Counted from the first letter of the stretch, positions 49,730 through 61,665 are shown. The stretch: 64,000 nucleotides of DNA from an uncultured bacterium (GCA_963827235.1 CAWHAE010000019.1:32001-96000), one strand, 5' to 3'. Translations and numbers: made by a program. Notes: generated by a model not told the origin, from the letters alone.

Positions 49730-50290
49730 AGAGCGAGACTGGGCGCGCTGCGGCAGCTGGATTCCGGGGCAAGCATAGCCTTGGTGTAGCTGGGTAGAAG
49801 CGATGATGTGGCGCAGCTCAGCGAAGGCCGCGGAGACACCCGACTGCTGCTCAAGCAGTGCGACCCCACGAGCTGGCTGCGGGCAGTGGCGGCGCTGATC
49901 AACCCGAGCACGATGCGCAAGTACGTGCGCGCACGGCGTTGCCCGCGCATATCGCTCTGGGCAACATCCATGCGAGTCTTCTGCCACGCACGCTGGCGGA
50001 CATCAGGCCGACTGGGACGAGGTGCCGGCTGACGAACGCTTCGATGCCGCCAAAGTTCTGCGCGGATGCGGTCGTTCGTCTGGCGATAGTACTGCCGCGG
50101 GGTGCGGCCAGTGCCATGGCGCGTATCGTGCACGTCACCGGCGCCGGTATGCTTGGTGTCGCGTTTCTTAGCCTGTCACCGGCGGCGCACGAGAGGCTCG
50201 GTGTCTACTATGAGGAGTTGCTGGGCCGGCGTGCGGCCCTAGCCGCCTGGCGCACAGTGTCCATGGAAGAGCGCAGGACAGTCGCTACAG
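49730..50290 (+). pseudogene. Degenerate REC-PilZ gene
   Basis: LRQLDSGASIALV*...LLKQCDP..WLRAVAALI (REC-like, TAG 49787-49789), then RKYVR (RxxxR). A frameshift near 49930 leads to LADIRPTG...ARIVHV...LGVAFLSLS...ERL (PilZ barrel). Confidence 0.6.
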
Positions 50291-50612
50291 GCCGATGGTG
50301 TCGGGCCATGGCGGCAGCGCCCGCCATCCTGTCGAGGCGCCGGACGTGCGACTCTGCTGACCGCACCTCACGTTCATGCTTGGCAGGTGATTGCCGCTCC
50401 TGCTGCAGCGGGTCATGATTTGCAGAAACACGCGGCGCTGGCAGCGCCAGTACGCCGGGAGGTGGGCGTGACCGACCTAGACGCTACTCGCTGGCATGTA
50501 GCGTGGCACTTGCACGTGTGGGCAAGGGCACAGTGCTGCGCGCGGTCGACCTGCTATCTCCGGACCGCGGCAGGTCGCGGCGTGTGGGCGCGCCTGCTGG
50601 ATGGGCGACTCG

Positions 50613-52508
50613 ATGAGCGGCCCTGAAGTCGCCGAGCGACCGAGCGACGAGGAGCTTAGTGGGCGCCTGGCGGCCATCGTCACCGCCTCTGTCGACGCCA
50701 TCATCAGCGTGGACTTGAGCGGCACGATAACAAGCTGGAACGGCGGCGCGGAGCGGCTCCTCGGGTACACGCTGGACGAGGCCATCGGACGTTCCGTTGA
50801 GATGCTCAACGTACCCGGAAGTGCGCCGGATCCGACGGCCCAGATTTCTGCCGTGCTCCACGGCGAGGCCATCCACGATTTCGACACGGTCCGTCTGCGC
50901 AAGGACGGCACGGCGGTGCCGCTGTCGGTGAGTATCTCGCCTATCCGGAATGCAGAGGGGAAGATCATCGGAGTTGCCGGGATTGGCCGTGACATCACCG
51001 CTCGCACGCGGATGGAACGGGAGCTTCGCGCGAGCGAGATCCGCTTTCGCGGGGCCTTCGATGGTGCAACGGTCGGCATGGCGCTTATCGACGTCACTGG
51101 CCGGTTTCTGCGGGTCAATCGCGCCCTGCGTGAGATCGTGGGACGCGGCGAAGCGGAGCTGCTCACTCTGGCCTACAATGACATTACCCATCCCGACGAC
51201 CTGCCCAGCACCCAGCAGTTCACGCGCGAGCTGCTCGGCGGGAACATAGCGACCGCCGTGTTTGAGAAGCGATATATCCATCGGGACGGCCAGACACTTT
51301 GGGTCCAGATCAGCACGACTCTGCTGCGTGACGAGGATGGCCGCCCTCTCTATTTCATCACCCAGTTCCAGGACGTCACGAAGCGCCGCCTGGCCGAGGA
51401 CGCGCTGAAGGAGAGCGAGGCACGCTTCGAGGCGTTTGCGGCACACAATCCTGCCCTGTCGTTCATCAAGGACGAGGACGGGCGCTACGTGTATGCCAAT
51501 GCCCGGGTGACGGCCCCATTCGGGCGAATGCCAGCCACGTTCGTGGGCCTGACGGATAGCGACTTCATGCTGCCCCAGGACGCCGAGGCGGCAAGACAGG
51601 AGGATCGCACCGTGTGGGACACTGGCACGCCACTGGAGGTACTCACGCCGGTCCCGGTTGAACAAGGTCCCGACATCTTCGTGCTCAAGCTCAAGTTTCT
51701 GTTCGAGGGCGCGGGCGGGCGTCGCTACCTCGGCGGGTTCGCCCTGGATATCACCGCGCTCAAGCAGACCGAGCTGGCATTGGAGCAGGCCAACGTCGAG
51801 CTGGCTCGCTCCAATGCCGAGCTGAATGCGTTTGCCACCGTGGCCGCGCACGATCTGCGCGCGCCTCTGGCCAGCATCGGCGGCTTCGCGGAGTTGCTCG
51901 GCGCCCAGTATGGAGATCGACTGGGCGACCGCGGGACGCGCTATATCGCCCGGATCACCACTGCCGTGGAGCGGCAGCAGCAGCTGATCGACGACCTGCT
52001 GGCCTACGCGCGAGCCGGTGGCCGGCCGCACGCGTTTGCGCCGGTTGATTGCATGGCTTTGGCGGACGGCGTCACGGCCCTGCTGGCATCCGACATCGCC
52101 GCGGCGGAGGCCACGGTTCGGTGCGAGGGCCTGCCTACCGTCTGGGGCGACTCTGCGCAGTTGGCTCAGGTCTTTCAGAATCTGATAGGCAATGCGGTAA
52201 AGTTCCGGCGCGCGCGCGTGCCGCCGGTCGTCACGGTGACGGCTGAGTTGCGAGACCAGGAGTGGCTCGTGCGGGTGCGTGACAACGGCATCGGCATAGC
52301 GCCGGAGAACACCGAACGGGTCTTCGCCATCTTCCAGCGATTGCACAGCAGTAGCGAGTACCCGGGTACGGGAATAGGCCTGGCCCTGTGCCGGAAGATC
52401 GTGGAGCGCCACGGTGGGCTCATCTGGATCGAATCGGAGTTGAGCCGGGGTGCAACCTTCCTGTTCACGCTACCGCGGGTGCCGTCGAGCGCTCAACCCG
52501 CGTCCTGA
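50613..52508 (+). CDS. Cytoplasmic multi-PAS histidine kinase
   Basis: Three PAS domains (WNGGAERLLGY, ITHPDD); AHDLRAPL; QVFQNLIGNAVKF; FQRLH...YPGTGIGLA. Confidence 0.94.
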   Translation: MSGPEVAERPSDEELSGRLAAIVTASVDAIISVDLSGTITSWNGGAERLLGYTLDEAIGRSVEMLNVPGSAPDPTAQISAVLHGEAIHDFDTVRLRKDGTAVPLSVSISPIRNAEGKIIGVAGIGRDITARTRMERELRASEIRFRGAFDGATVGMALIDVTGRFLRVNRALREIVGRGEAELLTLAYNDITHPDDLPSTQQFTRELLGGNIATAVFEKRYIHRDGQTLWVQISTTLLRDEDGRPLYFITQFQDVTKRRLAEDALKESEARFEAFAAHNPALSFIKDEDGRYVYANARVTAPFGRMPATFVGLTDSDFMLPQDAEAARQEDRTVWDTGTPLEVLTPVPVEQGPDIFVLKLKFLFEGAGGRRYLGGFALDITALKQTELALEQANVELARSNAELNAFATVAAHDLRAPLASIGGFAELLGAQYGDRLGDRGTRYIARITTAVERQQQLIDDLLAYARAGGRPHAFAPVDCMALADGVTALLASDIAAAEATVRCEGLPTVWGDSAQLAQVFQNLIGNAVKFRRARVPPVVTVTAELRDQEWLVRVRDNGIGIAPENTERVFAIFQRLHSSSEYPGTGIGLALCRKIVERHGGLIWIESELSRGATFLFTLPRVPSSAQPAS

Positions 52509-52686
52509 GCCGGCCCGAGCACGAGCGCGCGCAGTCTTCCAGTGCGAATCCGCCGGATCGCAGGTGGCGGGCTAGCGTCCTGGCGCCCCGACTCGGCACG
52601 CCAGGTTGTCTCGACGATAGTGACACGGCGCGGCGCAGACTGGAGGTGTCCAGTCTCGGTCATGGTTGGCCTCCCCAAGGGCGGCG

Positions 52687-53200
52687 CTAGTCTCCGACGA
52701 TTGCAGCGACGATACTGCCGATGAGATCACCCTCGTTCCAGGTCGGTGGCCCGGAGCCAACGCGTGCCACGACTGGGTCCAGCGAGGGGATGACGTAGCA
52801 GCGATTCGAGCGGTATCCTGAGAGCGCAAACGCATCATCGGGCAGTGCGGGCCACGTGCGTCCATTCGTATGCACCCACCAGGTGTACCCATGCTTTGTG
52901 TCGTGGTCGCTGTTGGCACGGAGCGCACCGGCCGATCTCAGCTCGCCGCACCTCGTCCGCGGAAGAAGACAAACGGATCGTGCTAGTCGTTCCTGCCGTA
53001 CTCCGCCCGCGGCACGGGCAAGGTATCGCCGGGTCTGCGTGTCCACGTATCCAGATCCGAGCTCACGGCGTGCGTGATCGCCTGGTCCGGGCTCACATCC
53101 ACCCGGAGTATTTCCTCTCACTCGGCAGCCATAGCCTAACGTACACCGAACAGACCGCGTTCACCAGAGGCGTCCTCATCCAGACCTATCCCGCCGGCAC
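52687..53200 (-). pseudogene. Remnant of serine hydrolase (beta-lactamase class C-like) gene
   Basis: C-terminal GYTWWV...WPALPDDAFALSGYRSNRCYVIPSLD.VVARVG is recognisable; upstream is scrambled and SxxK is absent. Confidence 0.6.
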
Positions 53201-53293
53201 GGTGCGACGGCACCGGCCCTACCTGGGGGATTTGCGGCTGCCGCGCCATGAACTACGCTGGCTAGCGATACGACCTCACATTCGCGAGGAGGA

Positions 53294-56200
53294 ATGTGCG
53301 TGGCGCAGCCTGCCGTTTCAGCCGCTGTGGCGTACACAACCATTCCTTCTGGTCGCATCAACGTGTATGTAGATCCCATGGAGACCGCAGCGCTCCGGGA
53401 CCCTACCGACATTCCAGCGAGGCCGGTTACCGCTCTGGCCCAGGACAGCCGAGGCTATTTGTGGCTTGGCTCAGAGAGTGGGCCGCTCACCTTTGACGGG
53501 CTTTACTGCGCATCGCCGCCAGCGCTGGCCGGCCTGCAGGGTTCCATCGTTCTGTGCTTCTGCTTTGCCGACGAACGTACGTTATGGATGGGGACGCGGA
53601 GCATCGGCCTCGTCAAGATTCGCATAGGCTCGACCGGGCCGCGTCTGGAACAGGTTCTGACCCGGAAGCATGGTCTGCCACACAACTGGGTCCAAACGGT
53701 GTGCTGCGACGGTCGGGGTCGCCTTTGGGCCGGCACGCATGACGGCATTGCCATTATCGAGAATGGATCTGTCGCCCACACGCTCGGCGTCCGCGACGGA
53801 CTTGTAGCGCCAAAGGTCCTCTCCCTGTGCCGCGACGTTCGGGGCCGGCTTTGGATCGGGATGGATCAAGGATTGACCATCGTCGCCGATTCCTCCGCCG
53901 ACGACCCCACGGCGATGGGATCAGCGCTGTTGAGCGGCGCGGCGTCGGGGCTCTATTGCGACTGCCAAGGCCGAGTATGGGTCGGTACGATGGGAGGAGA
54001 GCTACTCCGGTCGGACGCGACTCAGGAGAGGGTTAAGCCGCCGGCACTCGTGGCCTCCGCCGGTGCCGCAATCAGCGCCATCTGTGAGGATCGTGCCGGT
54101 CGGCTCTACGTGGGCACCCGTCGCGGCGCACAGATCTATGCAGACGGTGTGCTTGTCGACACGATCACCCCGGAGGATGGACTGCCTTCCGCTGCCATTC
54201 GGGCGTTACTCTGCGATCGTGATGGGCGCGTATGGGCGGGCACGCAACACGGACTCGTAGCGCTGGCGAGCCCAGGCCGTCCGGGCCATCCGCTTGGGGG
54301 TACGGAAACGCCGGACAAGAGCTTGGTGTGGGCTTTCGCCGGTGACGGCGAACACCACATGTGGCTGGGCACGAACACCGGTCTGCATGCCGTCGATTGT
54401 TCCGGGGAGCGTCCCGTGGTGCTTCCGGAGCTGCCAGCGGCGCTCCAGCAGTCAACGGTCTGGTCACTGGCTTGGGATCAGACGGGGTGCTTGTGCGTGG
54501 GCACGCGCGAACACGGTCTGTTCGTGCTCGATTCCACCACCGGTGCGATCGATGCCCACCTGCTGGAAGATCGAAACGTTGGCGTAGTTGGCATCTGCCC
54601 GGTAGGCCCGCATCAGCTCTGGATTTCAACCTCTCGGCACGGCGTCATCTGTATTGATAGCGCAACCCACCGCATTCTGCACGAGCTTGGCGCTGAGCAA
54701 GGCCTGGCGGATGCGCACGTAACACGATTGCACGCCGATGAACGCGGATACCTGTGGGCGGGCACCGCGTCAGGCCGGCTTGTCTGTATTGACCCCACAC
54801 GCGGCGCTATTGTCACCACGATTTGCCTCGGCGACGAGACACGCCCATGGGTTGTCCAGGATACGGTGATCGATGATGCCGGCCGTATCTGGGCGAGCAC
54901 TCATGGCGGTGGCCTCGTGTGTGCCGATCCGCGCAGCTCCAGCATCGTGCGGACCGTGACCGCGGCGGACGGCCTCCGCAGCAACGTGGTCTACTCCTGC
55001 CGGATCGACCGCCGGGGCTACCTCTGGCTTGGCACCGCTGCCGGCGTGACGCGCTTTTCACCGGCATCCGGCCGGTGCATCACGATCGATCAGAGCCTGG
55101 GACTCCCGCACGCGGAATGCGACCAGGGGGCGCTCCATCTCGATGGGAACGATAGGTTGTGGGTCGGTACGGCTAAGGGGGCGGCGGTCGTAGATACGAC
55201 GATGGTGCCAACCGATGTTCCGGCCTCGCCCGTCTATCTCGTTGGGTTCAGAGTGATGGGTGAGGAGAGGGACCTCGACCACGACATGGCGATCGAGGAT
55301 AGCGCCTACGACCTGCAGTTCGAGTATGGCGCCGTCAGCTTCACGGCGCCGGCGGGAGTCGTCTATCGGGTCCAGTTGGAGGGATTGGAGATAGACTGGT
55401 CCGTGCCGACGGCCCAAAGAACGCGGCGCTATACCAATCTACGGCCGGGCGAGTACTCGTTTCGTGTTTCAGCGTGCAACTGGGGCGGAAACTGGTGCCA
55501 GCCACTCGTCGTGCCCTTCCGCGTCATCCAGAATCGTCAGGCGCGCGAAGCCGCGGAAGCCCTGGAGCGGGAACGGATAGCCAAGGAGGTCTACCGAGCT
55601 ACCGCGACCCGCCTAGAAGAGCTGAATCAGCAACTCGCGGTCGCCCAGCGCGCCGCGGAGGTCGCACGGGTGAAGGCCGAAGAGCTGGCGCAACTGAGGA
55701 GCGGCTTTATCGCAACGGTCAGCCACGAGCTGCGCACGCCACTTACCGCCATCATTGGCTATGGCGAGCTCCTGACAGCACAGTGGTCGCGGCTCGATGA
55801 CCAAGCGCGGCTGGACCGCGTTGGGCGTATTGTCACTGCGGCGAATCGGCAGCAACGCCTGGTCGAGGAGCTCTTGCTGTTGAGCCGGCTGGAGATGGGA
55901 GCACTTGCTCCTAACCTGGAGACGGTACCTCTGCAACCACTCGTCGAGCGCGCTGGCGACGAGGTGCGTGCCGGGTATCGGAGCCAATTCATCGACGTAG
56001 CGGGACCTGGCGACCTCGCGGTCATCGCTGATCCCGATCGAGTGGTGCAGATACTTGTGAATCTGATCGACAACGCGACCAAGTACTCGCCTGAAGGCGC
56101 TCCCGTCCACGTGCGCTGGTTGGAGGACCACGGCCACGCCGTCGTGCGGGTCCGAGATCATGGTGCCGGCGTTCCGGCAGCCGGACGTGACCACCTGTTT

Positions 56201-56386
56201 ACCCGTTTCGGTCGCATATCGGGCACTCAGGCACGTCCCGGCCACGTCGGCACCGGGTTGGGACTTCACCTGGGGCGCAGCCTGGCGCAGGCTATGGGTG
56301 GCGATCTCGAGCTGGAGGCCACGGGCCCTGAGGGAAGCGTGTTTCGGCTGACGCTCCCGCTATCTGTCGAGCATCCGACGGCGTGA
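53294..56386 (+). CDS. Histidine kinase with Reg_prop beta-propeller repeats and Y_Y_Y domain
   Basis: Many D..G.LW.GT repeats; YRVQLEGL...YTNLRPGEYSFRV; SHELRTPLT; NLIDNATKYS. Start uncertain. Confidence 0.93.
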   Translation: MCVAQPAVSAAVAYTTIPSGRINVYVDPMETAALRDPTDIPARPVTALAQDSRGYLWLGSESGPLTFDGLYCASPPALAGLQGSIVLCFCFADERTLWMGTRSIGLVKIRIGSTGPRLEQVLTRKHGLPHNWVQTVCCDGRGRLWAGTHDGIAIIENGSVAHTLGVRDGLVAPKVLSLCRDVRGRLWIGMDQGLTIVADSSADDPTAMGSALLSGAASGLYCDCQGRVWVGTMGGELLRSDATQERVKPPALVASAGAAISAICEDRAGRLYVGTRRGAQIYADGVLVDTITPEDGLPSAAIRALLCDRDGRVWAGTQHGLVALASPGRPGHPLGGTETPDKSLVWAFAGDGEHHMWLGTNTGLHAVDCSGERPVVLPELPAALQQSTVWSLAWDQTGCLCVGTREHGLFVLDSTTGAIDAHLLEDRNVGVVGICPVGPHQLWISTSRHGVICIDSATHRILHELGAEQGLADAHVTRLHADERGYLWAGTASGRLVCIDPTRGAIVTTICLGDETRPWVVQDTVIDDAGRIWASTHGGGLVCADPRSSSIVRTVTAADGLRSNVVYSCRIDRRGYLWLGTAAGVTRFSPASGRCITIDQSLGLPHAECDQGALHLDGNDRLWVGTAKGAAVVDTTMVPTDVPASPVYLVGFRVMGEERDLDHDMAIEDSAYDLQFEYGAVSFTAPAGVVYRVQLEGLEIDWSVPTAQRTRRYTNLRPGEYSFRVSACNWGGNWCQPLVVPFRVIQNRQAREAAEALERERIAKEVYRATATRLEELNQQLAVAQRAAEVARVKAEELAQLRSGFIATVSHELRTPLTAIIGYGELLTAQWSRLDDQARLDRVGRIVTAANRQQRLVEELLLLSRLEMGALAPNLETVPLQPLVERAGDEVRAGYRSQFIDVAGPGDLAVIADPDRVVQILVNLIDNATKYSPEGAPVHVRWLEDHGHAVVRVRDHGAGVPAAGRDHLFTRFGRISGTQARPGHVGTGLGLHLGRSLAQAMGGDLELEATGPEGSVFRLTLPLSVEHPTA

Positions 56387-56583
56387 CGCTCTCGTATCCA
56401 TTTGGAGGAGACGGTACTCTTGAGCGCGCTCGGCGATTCGTACCGCTCATACGCGGCGGCCCACGGGCGCCTCATCCCGTGCATCTGTTGACCACGGTCC
56501 AGGGATCGGATGGCGAATAGGCCGCGTCACGCCACGAGGAGCAGACGGGCGGAGAAGAGCGCTCTTGAGGGGCTGAAACGTGA

Positions 56584-56615
56584 CGAAGCCCGGCACCACG
56601 CTGTGCCGGGCTTCG
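56584..56615 (-). terminator. Hairpin terminator downstream of groEL
   Basis: 13-bp perfect stem CGAAGCCCGGCAC/GTGCCGGGCTTCG with 6-nt loop; weak U-tract. Confidence 0.7.
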
Positions 56616-56643
56616 CTGTAGGCTCGAGACGGCGGTTGTCGGT

Positions 56644-58269
<1,626 letters not shown>

Positions 58270-58339
58270 TCACTCCTCCTACTAGGTCGGCACAGCCGTG
58301 CCGACCGTTTGCCTTCCTGCCTCAGTGCCGGAACGCGCC

Positions 58340-58642
58340 TCAGACTACGGCCAGAATGTCCTTCTCAGACAGGATCAGATACTCTTCGCCCTCGTACTTC
58401 ACCTCGGTACCGGCATACTTCGCATACAGGACTTCCTCGCCGACCGAGACCTCGAGCGCCTGGCGGGTGCCGCTGTCGAGAATGCGACCCGGCCCGGCTG
58501 CCACGATGGTGCCTTTCTGGGGCTTCTCCTTGGCGGTGTCCGGCAGGATGACGCCTGCCGCGCTCACTTCTTCCTTGTTCGCCGGCTTGATCACCACGCG
58601 GTCGCCCAGGGGACGGATCTGAACCTTTACGTCCGTTGCCAA
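58340..58642 (-). CDS. groES: Co-chaperonin GroES
   Basis: [27 protein letters not shown]; AGGAGG before TTG 58642. Confidence 0.98.
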   Translation of the reverse strand: MATDVKVQIRPLGDRVVIKPANKEEVSAAGVILPDTAKEKPQKGTIVAAGPGRILDSGTRQALEVSVGEEVLYAKYAGTEVKYEGEEYLILSEKDILAVV

Positions 58643-58683
58643 CGCCTGAACCTCCTGCAATTCGTGCTGCTTCCAACCCGTGG

Positions 58684-58761
58684 CTAGCAGTCGCGCAGCC
58701 CGACTGCTAACGTCCAGCGACTAGTATACGCGAACTAGCAGTCTCGATCAAGGGCTGCTAA
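58684..58761 (-). promoter_or_regulatory. Two CIRCE (HrcA) operators and the groES promoter TTGATC-N17-TATACT
   Basis: TTAGCAGTC-N9-GACTGCTAG (58684-58710) and TTAGCAGCC-N9-GACTGCTAG (58735-58761). Confidence 0.9.
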
Positions 58762-58828
58762 TCGGAAGCGATCCGAGCGCTCGGCGGGCGTTTCAGATCC
58801 TGCGCCGGCAGCACCTCCGAGGCCGGCC

Positions 58829-59473
58829 TCAGCTCTGCGCAGTCCAGAAACCGGACGCGGAGAGGTAGACGCGGTAGGTCGCCGTGCTCGGTAACATGCG
58901 TACGCCGTTGCCGGAGTGGACGCGCACGAAGGGCACGAGGCTAGTGTGCTGGCGAAGAAAGCGGCTCACCTTGTCGGGCGATCCGTCCAGCCGATAGGCG
59001 GTGACCGGCTTGTTCGCGTAGTCGGCGGCATTCTCGTAGTAGCCTGCCAGCGTGGTTATCCGGTAGTCGGCGCGCAGTCCCAATATGTTGAGCCAGTCCT
59101 GCCAGCTGAGCACGTCGCCGCTCAGGAGCCATTCGTCACCCTTCACGGTGAAGGTGTGGGATTGCCCTGCCTTGCCGTCCGTTACCGGCGTGAAGACGAC
59201 TTGCATGGTCTGCTCCAGGCCGGGCACGGGATCGGCGTGGACCATGGCCACCAGCTGATCCTGCGCCAAGTCATGGTACGACTGGGTCCAGCCATCCACG
59301 GCAAGCACGGCCACCGCCGCCCCGGCGAGCACCAGGCCGCCGCACAATCTTCCGATCCGGATTCGTCGCCCCGCGACCATCTCCGCGATGCCCGCCACGA
59401 CCGAGGCGAGGGCGAGCAATGCCAGAAGAGCTGCCAGTATGGTGAGTCTGTCTACGGTAGTGGGGATGATCAA
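58829..59473 (-). CDS. Hypothetical membrane protein
   Basis: Two N-terminal TM helices, then GDEW.L.GDVL.W...LGL...YRI..L.GYY. Start uncertain (track start 59533). Confidence 0.75.
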   Translation of the reverse strand: MIIPTTVDRLTILAALLALLALASVVAGIAEMVAGRRIRIGRLCGGLVLAGAAVAVLAVDGWTQSYHDLAQDQLVAMVHADPVPGLEQTMQVVFTPVTDGKAGQSHTFTVKGDEWLLSGDVLSWQDWLNILGLRADYRITTLAGYYENAADYANKPVTAYRLDGSPDKVSRFLRQHTSLVPFVRVHSGNGVRMLPSTATYRVYLSASGFWTAQS

Positions 59474-59808
59474 CCTGCCCAGTTGTGCCGTCCTCTCTCC
59501 TCGTCTTCCTCGATAGCCCGGCCCGCTCGCCACGGTTTCCCGCTGTGGGCGGGCCGGCTTACGTCGATAGAGCCACGACGGTCAGTATGGCTACACGGGC
59601 GGCGCCAAGGCAATGGAGTTATCACACGATCCCACCGCGCAGCCGTAAGATGCCGACCAAGTGTTGCCGCTTGGTCGCCGAGCGATCCTGTCGTGATGTC
59701 GCTATAGCGCGGCGAGCGAGACTCCCGTCCTTCCGGTCGTACAAGCCGCGCGCGGTGTGACTCCCCGGTGCACGGCTCCCCTGGCGCGCCGGTGCCCCGG
59801 GCGATACG

Positions 59809-60465
59809 ATGAAAAGGATGATCCGTCTCTTTCTCGTTCGCCACGGCGTCACGGCCTGGAACGCGAACGGAGTCTATCAGGGTCGGCTCGACGTGCCGCT
59901 GAGCGACGAGGGGCGCGCACAGGTGTGCCGGTTGCGCGATCGCCTGCGCAAGGTCGACTTCTTCTGTTGCTACACCAGCACGCTCGCGCGGGCGCGCGAG
60001 TCGGCGGCCATTGTGCTTGAGGACCGGGTCTGTCCCGTGCAGGCCACTCCCGATCTCGACGAGATGAGCTACGGTTCCTGGGAAGGCCTGACGCGTCAGG
60101 AGATACAGGTGCGTTATCCGGAAGCATGGCGTGCGTTTCTGGCCGACAGGGAGCGGCAGCCACCGCCCTGCGGTGAGTCGCCGGCCGATCTCGATCGCCG
60201 CTTGCGCGCTTTCTCCGGCTCCTTGAGCCGCCATCAGTCTGACGACGGCGTCTCGATCCTGATTGCCGCACACGGTGGCTCTCTGCGCACGCTGATTGCC
60301 CACTACCTCGGGCTGGCCAACAGGCACGCGCGCCGTATCAGACTGGACAACGCGTCGCTATCGATCGTCGAGGTCTACGCCGGCGACGCCGTCGTGTCGC
60401 TGCTCAACGATACGTCTCATCTGAGTCCGCTCAAGGCGCCGCCCGATCGCCAGCCCGTACATTGA
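59809..60465 (+). CDS. Histidine phosphatase family protein (CobC/PhoE-like)
   Basis: LVRHG, E..YGSWEGL, GES, AHGG, LDNASL, LNDTSHL. Confidence 0.92.
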   Translation: MKRMIRLFLVRHGVTAWNANGVYQGRLDVPLSDEGRAQVCRLRDRLRKVDFFCCYTSTLARARESAAIVLEDRVCPVQATPDLDEMSYGSWEGLTRQEIQVRYPEAWRAFLADRERQPPPCGESPADLDRRLRAFSGSLSRHQSDDGVSILIAAHGGSLRTLIAHYLGLANRHARRIRLDNASLSIVEVYAGDAVVSLLNDTSHLSPLKAPPDRQPVH

Positions 60466-60468
60466 GCT

Positions 60469-61665
60469 CTATCCCGCCGTGGCGATCTCGTTCAGGCTTC
60501 CATATGGCACGTGAGACCTGGACGGCAGCCAGGGTATCCAGCGTGAGAGAACGTCCAGTCCGGATGCGGTGCTGCCGCCGTTGCTGCTGTCGGTATTGAC
60601 CACGAACAGGTGGCCGGTGCGTTGGTCGACTGCCATGCCCTGCGGCGTGTAGCGTGCTCCCAGCACGGGGTACGACCTCACGCGCGCTGCGCCCGCTACG
60701 CTCATGGCCAGCACTGCGTTGCCCACGTCCATCAACAGCGTGCCGTGGTGCTCGTCGCCGATCATGGAGAGCGGACTCTGGCCCAGCGGCAGATCCGCCA
60801 GCAGGCGCCCGCTGCGGGCGTCCAGCACGGTCACCCTCGCGGTGCCGGCACCGCCGGGGATGGCCGGCACGCCGGCCACGAATACTCTCGACATGCTGCT
60901 CATCACGACCATGGCCAGCGGATTGGAGGCCAGGCGTATCCGGCCCAGCACGGCGCCGGTGCGCGCGTCCAGCAGCACGACGAGCGAATTCAGGGCGTCT
61001 CCCGCGAACAGCCGCCCGGTCCGCTCATCCACGGCGATTGCGGCCGGATAGCCGCCGATTGCCACGTCGAACACCGCGTGGCCCGTCCTGCCGTCGACGG
61101 CCTCGACGGTGTTGTCCGAGTTTGCCAGGAAGAGGCATCCCGTGGCGCCGTCCACGGCCATGGCGATCGGCGCGCGTCGCAAGGAGATCGTGTGTAACGG
61201 CATCGCGGTACTGCCGTCCAGAATGGCCAGGACGTCGCCGCCGCTACTGGTCAAGAAGACGCGGCCGGATCGGGGATCCACGGCGATGAGCTGGGGCGAG
61301 AAGCCAAGCGGAGTGGTGCGCAGTGGCTGGCCCGAGGCTGCGTCCAGGACGCTGACACTGTTGTCGCCGGCGTTGGGTACGAAGATTCGGTTCGCGGGCT
61401 CGTCGACCGCCGCGCCGAGCGCGCCGTGACCCACGGGAACCGAGCGCAGCAGCTTGCCGCTGGCGGTGTCAAATATGGCCACCGTATAGTCCGCGCCGTT
61501 GACCACAAAGGCGCGGCTCGTGGCGTCGTCGAGCGTCACGGCGACCGGATCGCCGCTCAAGGGGACGACCCGATCGAAGGTGCCGCTGCTCACCTGGCGC
61601 AGCTCGGCGGCGACGCCCAGCCCGAGCGCCGCCGCCAGCAGCAGAATCAGTCGCCAGTGTCTCAT
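60469..61665 (-). CDS. Secreted YncE/YVTN-type beta-propeller protein
   Basis: Signal peptide; repeated P.AIAVD..TGRLFV.N...V.VLD blades. Confidence 0.88.
   Translation of the reverse strand: MRHWRLILLLAAALGLGVAAELRQVSSGTFDRVVPLSGDPVAVTLDDATSRAFVVNGADYTVAIFDTASGKLLRSVPVGHGALGAAVDEPANRIFVPNAGDNSVSVLDAASGQPLRTTPLGFSPQLIAVDPRSGRVFLTSSGGDVLAILDGSTAMPLHTISLRRAPIAMAVDGATGCLFLANSDNTVEAVDGRTGHAVFDVAIGGYPAAIAVDERTGRLFAGDALNSLVVLLDARTGAVLGRIRLASNPLAMVVMSSMSRVFVAGVPAIPGGAGTARVTVLDARSGRLLADLPLGQSPLSMIGDEHHGTLLMDVGNAVLAMSVAGAARVRSYPVLGARYTPQGMAVDQRTGHLFVVNTDSSNGGSTASGLDVLSRWIPWLPSRSHVPYGSLNEIATAG

Noticed and set aside
50484-52412. Long antisense ORFs (642 aa here; also 56860-58254, 46977-48524, 23091-24506)
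   Set aside because: Shadow frames of real high-GC genes with no motifs of their own.
59809-60465. Assigning cobC and linking it to the B12 photoreceptor
   Set aside because: The histidine phosphatase motifs are generic and no cob genes are adjacent.
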